Shown here: positions 44,100-54,576 of the stretch, in pieces
Layout of the letters: every line of letters begins with the position of its first letter
Position numbering within the stretch: position 1 is the first letter of the stretch
Source of the DNA: Gammaproteobacteria bacterium
GTDB lineage: Bacteria; Pseudomonadota; Gammaproteobacteria; G965277405
NCBI GenBank assembly: GCA_965277405.1
Contig: OZ255726.1
Location: 1,408,001 to 1,472,000, forward strand
Direction: 5' to 3'
Length of the DNA: 64,000 nucleotides
Position numbers and translations under genes: made by a program
The notes under the pieces: generated by a model
Seen by the model: only the letters and a program-made list of their open reading frames with translations
Databases searched by the model: none
What the model was told of the DNA's origin: nothing

Positions 44100-45164
44100 A
44101 TGAACATGTCAGCATATAGCGTTGTCTTTTCCCAAATAATAGACATTGAATCCCAAGCACCAATCACCGAGTTTGCCAAGCTTGCGAGTGTTGTTGTGCA
44201 CCCAGACCGCGTTGTGGCAGTGGTGCGGCTAGACATCCCGTGCCAGTCGCGTCACCAACAGTTGCAGCAGCAAATTAGTAGTGCATTCCAACCGCACAGC
44301 ACATCGCCGATTGTTATTCAGTTGATATTGCATGTGCAAACGCATGCGCACAGCCATAGCCAGCTCCAACACGTTAAGAATATTGTGTTGGTGTCTTCGG
44401 CAAAAGGCGGTGTTGGTAAATCTACAACAGCTGTCAATCTAGCGTTAGGTCTTTGCCAAGAAGGGGCATGCGTAGGGTTGCTCGATGCTGATATTTATGG
44501 GCCAAGCATTCCGACAATGCTTGGCGTAACTGGTAAACCAGAATCAAACGACGGCAAGACTTTGCAGCCATTCAAGGCACACGCGATCGAAGTGATGTCA
44601 ATTGGCTTATTTATTGAAGGTGACACAGCAATGATTTGGCGAGGTCCAATGGTCACCAATACATTGTTGCAACTGCTACAGCAGACGCAATGGGGCGCTT
44701 TGGATTATTTAGTGGTGGACTTGCCTCCAGGAACAGGAGACATTCAACTCACTATGGCGCAAAAAGCACCGGTTACTGGTGCTGTGGTGATTACAACCCC
44801 ACAAGATATTGCGTTACAAGATGCGATTCGCGGTATCAAAATGTTTACTAAGGTTAATATTCCTGTGCTGGGGTTAATTGAAAACATGAGTATGCATGTG
44901 TGCAGTCATTGTGGACATGTTGAGCATATTTTTGGCGCGGATGGAACACGGCGCATCGCCACACAACTGGACACACCGTTGCTTGGTCAAATTCCGTTAG
45001 ATGCCACGATTGGCAGCCACGTCGAAATTGGCCAGCCGACAGTTGTCGCCGCGCCAGGTAGTCCAATTGCCTGCGAATATCTGCGTTTGGCGCGCTGCAT
45101 TGCAACCCATCTGGCGGCATTGCCTGTTACCAGTGATGACAACATCATTGCAGTCGCGACATGA
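44100..45164 (+). CDS. apbC: Fe-S cluster carrier ApbC/Mrp
   Basis: S.KGGVGKST, DADIYGPS, WRGPM, DLPPGTGD, ENMS..C..CG. Confidence 0.95.
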   Translation: MNMSAYSVVFSQIIDIESQAPITEFAKLASVVVHPDRVVAVVRLDIPCQSRHQQLQQQISSAFQPHSTSPIVIQLILHVQTHAHSHSQLQHVKNIVLVSSAKGGVGKSTTAVNLALGLCQEGACVGLLDADIYGPSIPTMLGVTGKPESNDGKTLQPFKAHAIEVMSIGLFIEGDTAMIWRGPMVTNTLLQLLQQTQWGALDYLVVDLPPGTGDIQLTMAQKAPVTGAVVITTPQDIALQDAIRGIKMFTKVNIPVLGLIENMSMHVCSHCGHVEHIFGADGTRRIATQLDTPLLGQIPLDATIGSHVEIGQPTVVAAPGSPIACEYLRLARCIATHLAALPVTSDDNIIAVAT

Positions 45165-46036
45165 AGATTGTCATCGCCACCAACAACCAACAGCGCCAAT
45201 GGTATGAGCAAGTGATTTTGCAACTCCCAGAGTATACAGTGTCCTTTGATAGTGGTAACAAACAACAATGTGACTATGCCTTGGTGTGGCAGTATCCAAA
45301 TGATTTTTTTATACGGACGCAGGTTGACAAAGGTATTTTTGTCCTTGGCGCAGGGTTTGAACACCTGCAAACAGATTCGAGCGTCCCTAATGTGCCGCTG
45401 CATCGCTTGGTTGATTGTGGTATGGGGGCGTTGTTGGCGCAATATGTTGTGTGGGCAATCGTGAATGCCTCGCGCTGTATGGGTTTTTATACAGTGCAAC
45501 AACGCCAACAACGCTGGCATAGCTATCCATATTCAACAGATCAAATCACAGTTGCTATTGTGGGTTGCGGGGTGCTGGGATTAGCGATTGCAACATCTTT
45601 GCATACCTGTAACTATCGAGTGCTGGGGTATAGCCGTTCACTACAGCCAGCACCACATCTTGATGCGATATGTACCGATGTTGCCCAACTACCAACGATG
45701 CTCGCTGCAGCAGATGTAGTGGTAAATGTGCTTCCAGGTGGCGTGCAGACGCGGGGGTTTTTATCGACACAGTTGTTGCAATGTTGCAAAGCAGGGTGTC
45801 ATATCGTGCAAATTGGTCGTGGTGAAACGCTGAGCGAGGCGGGGTTATTGCAGGGATTAGAGCACAATATTGGGCACGCAACCCTCGATGTATTTGCGCA
45901 AGAGCCGTTACCAGCTGATCACCCATTTTGGCAGCATCCAAAAATAACCATGACGCCGCATATCGCCGCAATCACCCCAATTAAACAAGCCGTTGCATAT
46001 ATAGCCAGTATTATCCAATCATCAGAACCATCATGA
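45161..46036 (+). CDS. ghrA: 2-hydroxyacid dehydrogenase, glyoxylate/hydroxypyruvate reductase A-like
   Basis: LGAG, RLVD.GM, G.G.LG, GRG, LDVF..EPLP..HPFW.HP....TPHIA. Confidence 0.85.
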   Translation: MKIVIATNNQQRQWYEQVILQLPEYTVSFDSGNKQQCDYALVWQYPNDFFIRTQVDKGIFVLGAGFEHLQTDSSVPNVPLHRLVDCGMGALLAQYVVWAIVNASRCMGFYTVQQRQQRWHSYPYSTDQITVAIVGCGVLGLAIATSLHTCNYRVLGYSRSLQPAPHLDAICTDVAQLPTMLAAADVVVNVLPGGVQTRGFLSTQLLQCCKAGCHIVQIGRGETLSEAGLLQGLEHNIGHATLDVFAQEPLPADHPFWQHPKITMTPHIAAITPIKQAVAYIASIIQSSEPS

Positions 46037-47178
46037 GTCTACCTTTTAGTCAAGCGCAGTTTCACCATCAATTGCTTCACGCTAAACGTTGGTCGAAATA
46101 TCCAGACAAAGTAATTCCGTTATGGATTGCAGATATGGATTTAGGCCACCCACTGGCAATCACTGACGCACTCAATGATTTCGCCCAGCATGCTAATTTT
46201 GGATACAGCAGCCCGAGCAAAGCTGTGCTCTTAGCTATTGTAGCATGGATGCAAGAAAAACATGGTTGGCAAATCCAACCAGAATGGGTTGTTTTTACCC
46301 ATAATTTGCACTCTGGGCTGCGGACTGTTGTTCGCGCGATGAGCCGGCGCCAAGATCAGGTATTGATTCCTGATACTATCTACCCACCAATACGCGCAAC
46401 CGCTGCGGATTTTGGCAGAGAAGTTGTTGCAGTGCCAATGCTGGTTAATGGTGATCACGGTTTTACTGTTGATTGGCATATGTTGGAACAATGCAGCGCG
46501 CCTGCAGGAACACTGCTGCAATGGTGTAGTCCACATAACCCATCTGGTACAGTCTGGGCGCATGCAGATTTAGAACGGCTAGCCGCGCTTGTCGTTGAGA
46601 AAGATTGGTATATTTGCAGCGATGAAATACACGCTGATTTGGTGTTAAATAACACCGTAAAACACACACCGATTGCGCGCATAAACGCGAAGATTGCCCA
46701 ACGCTGCATCACCTTGATGTCACCAAACAAAACATTTAATATCGCCGGAATTGGCTTAGGATATGCGATTATTTGCAACGACACTATCCGCAAAGTCTTT
46801 AGCGATACCTTGCAAGGCTACGGTGGCATAAATGGCTTTAGCTTTGCGGCGGCGCATGCTGCGTATACTTACGGCGAGCCATGGCGGCAAACCACGTTGC
46901 AACAATTGCGCAATAACTTGCAACAACTGCGTCAAGTGCTGGTTCCGTATGCTGATAAAGTCAAATTGATCGGTGGCGATGCCACTTACTTAGCATGGTT
47001 ACACACCCCGCAGCATGATTGTGATTGGCATGAAGTTTTACTGCGGTATAACCTTGCGGTGTATGATGGCAGACATTTTGGCAAAGCTGGGTATATGCGG
47101 GTTAACTTTGGCACACGCCCAGATATATTGCGCGAAGCACTCAAACGGCTAGATCGAGCGTTTTCACAACAGCTATGA
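46033..47178 (+). CDS. PatB/MalY family C-S lyase (PLP)
   Basis: PLWIADMD, CSPHNPSG, SDEIHADL, SP.KTFN.AG, TYLAW, R.NFG. Confidence 0.92.
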   Translation: MSLPFSQAQFHHQLLHAKRWSKYPDKVIPLWIADMDLGHPLAITDALNDFAQHANFGYSSPSKAVLLAIVAWMQEKHGWQIQPEWVVFTHNLHSGLRTVVRAMSRRQDQVLIPDTIYPPIRATAADFGREVVAVPMLVNGDHGFTVDWHMLEQCSAPAGTLLQWCSPHNPSGTVWAHADLERLAALVVEKDWYICSDEIHADLVLNNTVKHTPIARINAKIAQRCITLMSPNKTFNIAGIGLGYAIICNDTIRKVFSDTLQGYGGINGFSFAAAHAAYTYGEPWRQTTLQQLRNNLQQLRQVLVPYADKVKLIGGDATYLAWLHTPQHDCDWHEVLLRYNLAVYDGRHFGKAGYMRVNFGTRPDILREALKRLDRAFSQQL

Positions 47179-47201
47179 GCGCTGCTGCCCGCTGTCTTTA
47201 A

Positions 47202-48080
47202 ATGCAGATTGAAGCATGGGTGTTGTTTACGTTGCTGGCTGCTGCTGCGCAAGTAATACGTACTGGATTGCAAAAAAAACTAGCTAAAGCTGCGAATATT
47301 GCGACTGCAACATATGCACGATATGTATTCGGTCTGCCATGGTTAATTGTATATGTGTTGCTGATGGTCGACACGGTGCCGACTATCAAGCCAATGTTTT
47401 ATCTGCTGGCTTTTGTGGGTGGGTTGGCGCAAATCACAGCAACAATTGCGATGTTGTACGTGATGGACCGCCGCAATTTCGCGGTCGGGTCACTGCTGGC
47501 GAAAACTGATGCTCTGGTGGTTGCGCTGGTGGGTACCTTCGTGTTTATGCAAGTGCTATCGCGCGGCGCTTGGCTGAGTATAGTGATGGGATTTGTCGGT
47601 GTTTTTGTGATGCAGCCGGTGTCATGGCAGGCACTGTGTAGCCATCGAGGCAGTTTACTATATGGGTTTGCCTCTGGAGTATTGTTCGCAGCGACAGCTT
47701 TCGTAATTTATTTTGCAAAAGATTACATCGACGCCCCTACCATCGAAGCCGCGGCGATTTTTCTGCTCGGGATGGTGTGTTTGCAAACATTGACGATGTA
47801 CGTATGGATCGTAACAACGAATAAAACCCTCAGGGTTGGCTGGCAAGGCCAGACCCCGCTGGCGCTGCGAATAGGTTTGTTTAGCGCAATCGGGTCAATT
47901 GGCTGGTTTACTGGAATGAGCCTCGTCAATCCAGCGTATGTCAAGGCGCTGGGTCAAATCGAAATAGTATTGGTTGTTTTGGTAACGTGGTTCGTGTTCA
48001 AAGAGCGAATATCAGCAAGAGAATTCGCGGGAATAATCTTGATTGGGACGAGTGTGCTATTCTTGGCAATTGTCAAATAA
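47202..48080 (+). CDS. EamA/DMT family transporter
   Basis: Ten hydrophobic segments; AYVKALGQIE, FKE motif. Confidence 0.88.
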   Translation: MQIEAWVLFTLLAAAAQVIRTGLQKKLAKAANIATATYARYVFGLPWLIVYVLLMVDTVPTIKPMFYLLAFVGGLAQITATIAMLYVMDRRNFAVGSLLAKTDALVVALVGTFVFMQVLSRGAWLSIVMGFVGVFVMQPVSWQALCSHRGSLLYGFASGVLFAATAFVIYFAKDYIDAPTIEAAAIFLLGMVCLQTLTMYVWIVTTNKTLRVGWQGQTPLALRIGLFSAIGSIGWFTGMSLVNPAYVKALGQIEIVLVVLVTWFVFKERISAREFAGIILIGTSVLFLAIVK

Positions 48081-48099
48081 TTATTATCGGAGAAATTTT

Positions 48100-48810
48100 A
48101 TGCTGGAAAGCGCAAATGTTGATACAGATGAAATTAGCAAGTTTGATGGTGCAGCCCACCAATGGTGGAATACCGACGGACCATTTAAGCCGTTGCACGA
48201 CATTAACCCAGTGCGCGCCGCGCTGTTAAGCGACTATACCAATTTTGTCGATACGTCGTTTCTGGATATTGGCTGTGGCGGTGGCTTATTTACCGAAGAA
48301 ATAGCGAAACGTGGCGGCACAGTAACTGGGATTGATATGTCTGCTGTGGCAATTAATGTTGCGCAACAACACGCGCAGCAGCAAGGTCTTGATGTAACGT
48401 ATCAACAATGCGCGGTTGAATCGCTACCACGCAAAAAATTTGATGTCATTAGTTGCTTAGAAGTGCTCGAGCATGTTCCAGACCCTGCTGATATTATTGC
48501 GCATATTGCGGCATTACTCGAACCAAACGGGGTTATGATGCTATCTACAATAAATCGTACGGCGCGTGCCTTTGCGCTTGCAATTGTTGGTGCTGAATAC
48601 ATTATGAAACTGTTACCCAAAGGGACGCATACGTACGATAAGTTGCTACGTCCAAGTGAGATTGTTGCTATGTGTCAACGGCAAGGACTTAGCGTCGAAG
48701 CTATTGAAGGGTTACAATATAACCCGTTGACGCGGCATGCGAAATTATCCCGTAATTGTGCAGTGAACTACTTTTTAATCGCCAAAAAATCTGATGAACA
48801 AAGACAGTGA
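48100..48810 (+). CDS. ubiG: Ubiquinone biosynthesis O-methyltransferase
   Basis: NVD..EI.KF..WW..G.FKPLH.INP.R, LDIGCGGG, LEHVPDP, STINR, LPKGTH. Confidence 0.96.
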   Translation: MLESANVDTDEISKFDGAAHQWWNTDGPFKPLHDINPVRAALLSDYTNFVDTSFLDIGCGGGLFTEEIAKRGGTVTGIDMSAVAINVAQQHAQQQGLDVTYQQCAVESLPRKKFDVISCLEVLEHVPDPADIIAHIAALLEPNGVMMLSTINRTARAFALAIVGAEYIMKLLPKGTHTYDKLLRPSEIVAMCQRQGLSVEAIEGLQYNPLTRHAKLSRNCAVNYFLIAKKSDEQRQ

Positions 48811-49771
48811 CTTGCGTTTTACCATGCACAGTAACATTCGTAAACATAATACTATACGTGAAAAAAACCCAGCCATGAATAGCGATAACCCCACTCCAAA
48901 ACCACTAACAAAGCAAGCAAAACCCGTAACTGATGCCAGCCCAAATGCAATGTTTGATGATGCGAGAAAAGTCAATTTGCGCAAGCGGGTCAAAGTATCA
49001 CAACAACAAACAATACATCAGAGTCTTAATAGCGATATTGCCGCTGAAAAAATGGACCCGCGGCAACGCCCCAAGCAACAGCGGCAACCAAAACAACCGC
49101 GAAAACCATTCGAAAACCCTTTTAAAAAATTGGCAAATACTGTTTTCATCCAACGCTTAATGCGCGTGCCGTTGATGAATTACCTCTGGCTTGGGCTATC
49201 GCTATGTATTGTTATTATAGATCAAGTTACCAAATATATTGCGGAACTTAAGCTACTCACAGATAATCAGTATCGATTGTTTTCATGGTTTAATTTTCAC
49301 TTATTCTATAATGAAGGAGCCGCCTTTAGTTTTCTTGCAGACATGGGTGGATGGCAAAAACCTATGCTTGCATTTATCTCTCTTGTGGTAAGTATCGTTA
49401 TTACTGTGATGCTCATACGCACACCACGCTATCAACGGTTGTATCCAATGGCGTTATCACTCGTGCTTGGCGGTGCGGTCGGTAATTTAATCGACCGGGC
49501 AACAACCGGGCGTGTTGTTGACTTTATTTCAGTGCATTATCAAGACATGTATTTCTTCCCAGCTTTTAACATTGCTGATAGTGCTATTTCTGTAGGTGCG
49601 GCATTGTTGATTATTGAATTGCTTTTTTATAAAAAGAAAGCGGCAATACCAGCGGCTAATACACCGACAGCAAGCGTTGCTAGCGAAGCAGATAAGGAAG
49701 ACCAATTTATCAACGACTTTAGTGAAATAGAAGACTTGTTTGACAAAGAATGGCAAGACGAGCAGCGCTAA
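48794..49771 (+). CDS. lspA: Lipoprotein signal peptidase II with long N- and C-terminal extensions (start uncertain)
   Basis: DQ.TK, N.GAAFSF, GGAVGNLIDR, VVDFI, PAFNIADSAI. Confidence 0.93.
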   Translation: MNKDSDLRFTMHSNIRKHNTIREKNPAMNSDNPTPKPLTKQAKPVTDASPNAMFDDARKVNLRKRVKVSQQQTIHQSLNSDIAAEKMDPRQRPKQQRQPKQPRKPFENPFKKLANTVFIQRLMRVPLMNYLWLGLSLCIVIIDQVTKYIAELKLLTDNQYRLFSWFNFHLFYNEGAAFSFLADMGGWQKPMLAFISLVVSIVITVMLIRTPRYQRLYPMALSLVLGGAVGNLIDRATTGRVVDFISVHYQDMYFFPAFNIADSAISVGAALLIIELLFYKKKAAIPAANTPTASVASEADKEDQFINDFSEIEDLFDKEWQDEQR

Positions 49772-49772
49772 T

Positions 49773-50750
49773 ATGCGACTGATTTTAGCGAACCCGCGCG
49801 GCTTTTGTGCTGGAGTCAACCGCGCGATTGACATCGTTGAACGCGTGCTATCGTTATACGCAGGCATCCCTGTATATGTGCGCCATCAAGTGGTGCATAA
49901 CGCGTATGTCGTCGAAACGTTGCGGCAGCGTGGTGCCATATTTGTTACAGAACTTGACGCTATCCCTGATAACAGCATTGTTATTTTTTCAGCACACGGC
50001 GTCGCGCAAGCGACGATGGACGCGGCAAAATCTCGGAGCATGCAAGTGTTTGATGCAACATGTCCTTTGGTAACCAAGGTCCATATTGAAGTAAGTACAT
50101 ATGCGCGCAAGGGGATGGACTGTGTTTTAATAGGACACCATGGTCATCCAGAAGTTGCAGGTACGATGGGGCGGTTTGACTCAAGTTACGGCGGGCAAAT
50201 TCATCTTGTTGAGAGTGTTGCTGACGTTGGCTTGCTCGATGTTGTTAACCCAAAAGGCGTTGGATATGTCAGCCAAACGACGTTATCGGTCGATGATACC
50301 GCTCAAATTATAGCAGCGTTACGCGATACTTATCCTGCAGTTGCTGCTCCACATAAAAACGATATTTGCTATGCAACACAGAATCGTCAAGACATCGTCA
50401 GAAAAATGGCGCAATATTGTGACGTGCTATTAGTTGTTGGTTCAACGAATAGCTCAAATTCAAATAGACTGAGTGAATTGGCAAGCCGTTGTGGTGCACG
50501 CGGTTATTTGATAGATTCTGCTGCAATGATTAACCCAGAGTGGTTTTACGACTGCAACAGTATTGGACTAACTGCTGGTGCATCTGCTCCAGATGTGTTG
50601 GTAGAACAAGTACAAAGTAGTATTATGCGCCAGTTTCCTAACATTACCGTTGAACAGGTAAATGGCGAACCAGAGCAAGTTGTTTTTAAAATTCCACATA
50701 TTTTGCAAAACGTTATAACGAAAGATTCATTGGTACAAGTTGCAGGGTAA
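49773..50750 (+). CDS. ispH: 4-hydroxy-3-methylbut-2-enyl diphosphate reductase
   Basis: PRGFCAGV, FSAHGV, DATCPLV.KVH, QTTLS, ICYATQNRQ, TAGASAP. Confidence 0.97.
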   Translation: MRLILANPRGFCAGVNRAIDIVERVLSLYAGIPVYVRHQVVHNAYVVETLRQRGAIFVTELDAIPDNSIVIFSAHGVAQATMDAAKSRSMQVFDATCPLVTKVHIEVSTYARKGMDCVLIGHHGHPEVAGTMGRFDSSYGGQIHLVESVADVGLLDVVNPKGVGYVSQTTLSVDDTAQIIAALRDTYPAVAAPHKNDICYATQNRQDIVRKMAQYCDVLLVVGSTNSSNSNRLSELASRCGARGYLIDSAAMINPEWFYDCNSIGLTAGASAPDVLVEQVQSSIMRQFPNITVEQVNGEPEQVVFKIPHILQNVITKDSLVQVAG

Positions 50751-50776
50751 TAACTGACATTTAACACAAGGAAAAA

Positions 50777-51202
50777 ATGGCTATACAACATACATTTTCG
50801 ATCATAAAACCCGATGCCGTAGCACTTGATGCAATTGGCAAAATCAATCAACGCTTTGAAGACGCCGGTCTAAAAATCATTGCGATGAAAATGACCCACC
50901 TCACCAGAGAACAAGCCGCAGGGTTTTACGCTGAGCACAAAGGCAAAGTTTTTTTTGAGAATTTAGTGGAATATGTTACGTCTGGGCCAATCGTCATTCA
51001 AGTTTTAAGTGGTGAAAATGCAATCACGATAAATCGTGATTTGATGGGGGCAACCAATCCGCAACAAGCAGAACCTGGGACGATTCGCGCAGACTTTGCT
51101 GAATCTATCGAGGCGAATGCTGTGCACGGTTCAGATTCGCCAGATTCAGCACGCCGCGAAATCGCGTATTTTTTTGCTGCCGACGAGATATTTGTTCGCT
51201 AA
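50777..51202 (+). CDS. ndk: Nucleoside diphosphate kinase
   Basis: [29 protein letters not shown]. Confidence 0.98.
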   Translation: MAIQHTFSIIKPDAVALDAIGKINQRFEDAGLKIIAMKMTHLTREQAAGFYAEHKGKVFFENLVEYVTSGPIVIQVLSGENAITINRDLMGATNPQQAEPGTIRADFAESIEANAVHGSDSPDSARREIAYFFAADEIFVR

Positions 51203-51208
51203 ATAACA

Positions 51209-52324
51209 ATGAAGAATTTATTGGGGTGTAATCGCAACGATCTGCAAACATTGGTGGCGTCACTGGGAGAGAAAGCGTATCGAGCGCAGCAATTGATGCA
51301 GTGGATATATCAAAAGCAATGCACATCGCTTGATCAAGCTAGCAATCTTCCAGTGCGATTTATGCAAGCATTGCAAGATGCGGGCTGGGATATTCTGCTT
51401 CCAGAGGTTGAACATGTGCAGCAAGACCCAGATGGCACGAGAAAATGGGTGCTCCGCAGCGATGAGGATAACGCTATTGAAATGGTGCTGATACCTGAAA
51501 ATAACCGCAATACGTTGTGCATTTCCAGCCAGATTGGCTGCCCGGTTGATTGTAGCTTTTGTGCAACTGGTAAAATGGGTTTTAATCGTAATTTAACCAC
51601 AGCAGAAATTGTTGGGCAAGTAGTGTTAGCAGCGCAATCGATTGCTGCGCAGCCAATGGTGAATAACGCGCCAATCTCCAATGTGGTTTTCATGGGGATG
51701 GGTGAGCCATTGTTAAACTATGCCAACGTGATGACAGCGGTTGACGTGTTCACCGATGACTTTGCATATGGCTTATCGAAACGGCGCGTAACTGTCAGCA
51801 CGTCTGGGGTTGTCCCGCAAATTTTGAAAATGATCGGGCGTGTCGATGTGGCGTTGGCGCTATCGTTGCACGCCCCGAATGATGCGTTGCGTAGTGAGTT
51901 GGTGCCGCTCAATAATAAACACCCAATTGCCGAAGTTTTAGCTGCGTGTCATCAATATGTGGGCGCACAATCTCATAAAATGTCTGTAACGATTGAATAT
52001 GCGCTGCTGGCAGGAATAAATGACAGCGATGCGCTGGCGCATCAGTTAGGTGTGCTGCTTGCCCAATACCCGTGCAAAGTCAACCTGATTCCTTTCAACC
52101 CGCATCCATATGCTGACTATCAAAAGCCATCAAATAATAGATTGCATCGTTTTCAACAAATTGTCCGTGGCTATGGCATTGTAACAACAATTCGCACTAC
52201 ACGCGGCGATAGTATCGATGCGGCGTGCGGGCAACTTGTTGGCACAGTACGTGATCGCACGCAGCGCTATAAACGCTATAATAATAAAGTAAGCCACGCA
52301 ACGATTATTGAGACTGTACAGTAA
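51209..52324 (+). CDS. rlmN: 23S rRNA / tRNA m2A methyltransferase RlmN
   Basis: CISSQIGCPVDCSFCATG, MGMGEPL, SLHAPND, IDAACGQL. Confidence 0.97.
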   Translation: MKNLLGCNRNDLQTLVASLGEKAYRAQQLMQWIYQKQCTSLDQASNLPVRFMQALQDAGWDILLPEVEHVQQDPDGTRKWVLRSDEDNAIEMVLIPENNRNTLCISSQIGCPVDCSFCATGKMGFNRNLTTAEIVGQVVLAAQSIAAQPMVNNAPISNVVFMGMGEPLLNYANVMTAVDVFTDDFAYGLSKRRVTVSTSGVVPQILKMIGRVDVALALSLHAPNDALRSELVPLNNKHPIAEVLAACHQYVGAQSHKMSVTIEYALLAGINDSDALAHQLGVLLAQYPCKVNLIPFNPHPYADYQKPSNNRLHRFQQIVRGYGIVTTIRTTRGDSIDAACGQLVGTVRDRTQRYKRYNNKVSHATIIETVQ

Positions 52325-52335
52325 TGCGCCACCAT

Positions 52336-52368
52336 ATATTACTTGATATTACTTGATATTACTTGATA
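52336..52368. repeat. 10-bp tandem repeat (ATATTACTTG) x3 in the rlmN-pilW intergenic region
   Basis: Directly visible. Confidence 0.9.
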
Positions 52369-52375
52369 CAACACG

Positions 52376-53134
52376 ATGCGATCACTAGTCAGCCAGCCGT
52401 TCACCATGCGCTTACGACAGCTCATTGGCTGTGCGCTAACTGTCGCCTGCTGTGCCAGTTGTGCAGTGTCATCAGCAAAGTTGCAACAATACGAGCAGCA
52501 ATTAGCGCTCGGCAAGGCATATCTAGACACTAAAGACATACAAAATGCCCGCATTGCGTTTACTCAAGCGCAAGATATCTTGGCAGATGATGCGCGGACG
52601 TATCATGCCTTGGCGTTGTTGGCACAATACAGTGGGCAAATGGATAAAGCTGACAATCTGTATACCAAAGCGCTAGAAAAAGACATCGATTTTGCGGCGG
52701 CGCATAATAATTACGGGGTACTGCTCTTTAATCAAAAGAAAAACAATGCAGCAATTGTTCATTTTCGTTTAGCCGCAGAAAATCCAGAGTACAACAACAA
52801 TTATGTCGCATGGATAAATCTATCCCGTGCTGCCTTTGATTTAGAAAAATTTAAGTTAGCAGCAGATGCCTTGCAACAAGCAGTAAAAATTCGTGATGAT
52901 GTTGCCGAATATAGATTGCAAATGGCGCAATTATATTTCAAAATTGGCGAGCCTCTTTTTGCAAACTTGGCGTTTCAGAAATATCTAGCATTGCTCGACT
53001 CGAAAGGAAAAGAGCCTACGGTTGTCGATTTGAATTTAGGAATGGGAATTGCCAAACAACGCTTCGACCAACCAACATTTGATTATTATATGTTGTTGAA
53101 AAAAAGAATACAAGCAACGCTACCAGCGCAGTAA
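52376..53134 (+). CDS. pilW: TPR lipoprotein, type IV pilus assembly PilW/PilF-like
   Basis: Lipobox-like CASC, TPR motifs (AHNNYG.LL, P.Y...AW.NL), conserved position between rlmN and rodZ. Confidence 0.8.
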   Translation: MRSLVSQPFTMRLRQLIGCALTVACCASCAVSSAKLQQYEQQLALGKAYLDTKDIQNARIAFTQAQDILADDARTYHALALLAQYSGQMDKADNLYTKALEKDIDFAAAHNNYGVLLFNQKKNNAAIVHFRLAAENPEYNNNYVAWINLSRAAFDLEKFKLAADALQQAVKIRDDVAEYRLQMAQLYFKIGEPLFANLAFQKYLALLDSKGKEPTVVDLNLGMGIAKQRFDQPTFDYYMLLKKRIQATLPAQ

Positions 53135-53140
53135 AATCAT

Positions 53141-54295
53141 ATGGAATACGAAAAAAAAAATAGTAAGTCGTCAGCAATACACATCGATGACGAATTAAAC
53201 GAATACCTTGTGGCGGAATTATCGGCAAAAGAAGAGCAGCGGGTAGACGATGATGCCATGAACGCAATAGGTGAACAACAAGTCGACGCTATTGCAACGA
53301 TCAATAGTAATGCAGCGTTGCGTGCCGCCAATGCACAATCACTAACAATGCCTGTGGCTGACACGATGACAATGCAGGCAACCGAAGCGAAAGAAAAGCA
53401 AGAAAAAATAAAAATAACTTTTGGTCAGTTTCTAGGAGACACTCGCAAAAACAGAAAACTCGACATATCGCTGGTAGCTCAAGAAACCAAAATAAACAAA
53501 CAGTATTTATTGGCACTTGAACAAGAAAAATTTTCCGCTATTCCCACCACGACGTTTTTGTATGGTTACGCGCGGGCATATGCTCGATTTTTGCACATCA
53601 ACGAAAGTGTTGTTATCAAGCTACTTGTAGTTGCTATTAACAATAATAAAGAGTATGTAGTGACCAAGCCAACAGCGAGCACAATCAATCGCAACAATGG
53701 ATACGGACCATCAATAGATTATTCAAAAACGCAATTTAATCTTAACGAACATAGCAATAAAAATTTGTTTGCGTTCGGGATAATCGTTATCATTATTCTT
53801 GGTATTATGGGGGTTGTATTGTATCAGATGTTGCAAATGCCAACGCCAAGCAATACCACTGCAGTCATCGAAATTCCGCAAATGCCAGCTGAACCTCCTG
53901 CAATACCTAGCGAGGAAACTGTTTTTCCAGTTATTGATGAAAACGCTGAATTTACAATATCCCCGCAGCAGCCTGCAACTGATGCATTTACAGCAGGCAT
54001 AGATGACATTAATACCATAGGCAGCACTGAGCCTATAATACCAGTAGCAATAACAAAGAAAGTTGAGTTGATACTTGATGGCGAACATTGGGTGCAAATT
54101 TTAGAAAAAAACAATAACTTGGTGATTTCACAAAATTTTTATGGGCAACAAACACTTACATATATGGTAACGCCGCCAATTCGTATTACTTACGGAAATG
54201 CTGCAAGTGTAAGGCTGTGGTATGATGGCAAATTCATTGATACGCGTCAGTATAACAAGCGAAATGTTGTGCGGATTACCTTGGGGAAGCTCTGA
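53141..54295 (+). CDS. rodZ: Cytoskeleton protein RodZ
   Basis: HTH (G..L...R..R...VA..TKI...L.ALE; F.YGY.R.YA), single TM, C-terminal WV.I...GNA..V domain. Confidence 0.88.
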   Translation: MEYEKKNSKSSAIHIDDELNEYLVAELSAKEEQRVDDDAMNAIGEQQVDAIATINSNAALRAANAQSLTMPVADTMTMQATEAKEKQEKIKITFGQFLGDTRKNRKLDISLVAQETKINKQYLLALEQEKFSAIPTTTFLYGYARAYARFLHINESVVIKLLVVAINNNKEYVVTKPTASTINRNNGYGPSIDYSKTQFNLNEHSNKNLFAFGIIVIIILGIMGVVLYQMLQMPTPSNTTAVIEIPQMPAEPPAIPSEETVFPVIDENAEFTISPQQPATDAFTAGIDDINTIGSTEPIIPVAITKKVELILDGEHWVQILEKNNNLVISQNFYGQQTLTYMVTPPIRITYGNAASVRLWYDGKFIDTRQYNKRNVVRITLGKL

Positions 54296-54576
54296 TTAAG
54301 TCCATGATGGGCGAGACGGAGAAAAAACGCTGATGAAATTTAAGCGCAGTACGCAGATAACACTGGTGGTCTTGTGGGTGTTGCCAAGTGCTGCAACGAC
54401 GCAGCGCAGCGTTTTTTCCCGGCCTTCTATTGAATATATGATGGTTTGCCTACAAGCGGTACTTGCTGTGTTGCATCCCTTGGCGTATATGCTATGGCAT
54501 GCGCCTGCGGAATGCGCCTTGCAATCATCAGCAATTTCCGCAAACTCGCTCCATCAGCGACTTAATCAGAGCTTCC
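54285..54576 (+). mobile_element. Full-length IS5-TIR MITE (292 bp) inserted in the last codons of rodZ
   Basis: TTGG|GGAAGCTCTGATTAAGTC ... GACTTAATCAGAGCTTCC|TTAG. Confidence 0.95.
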
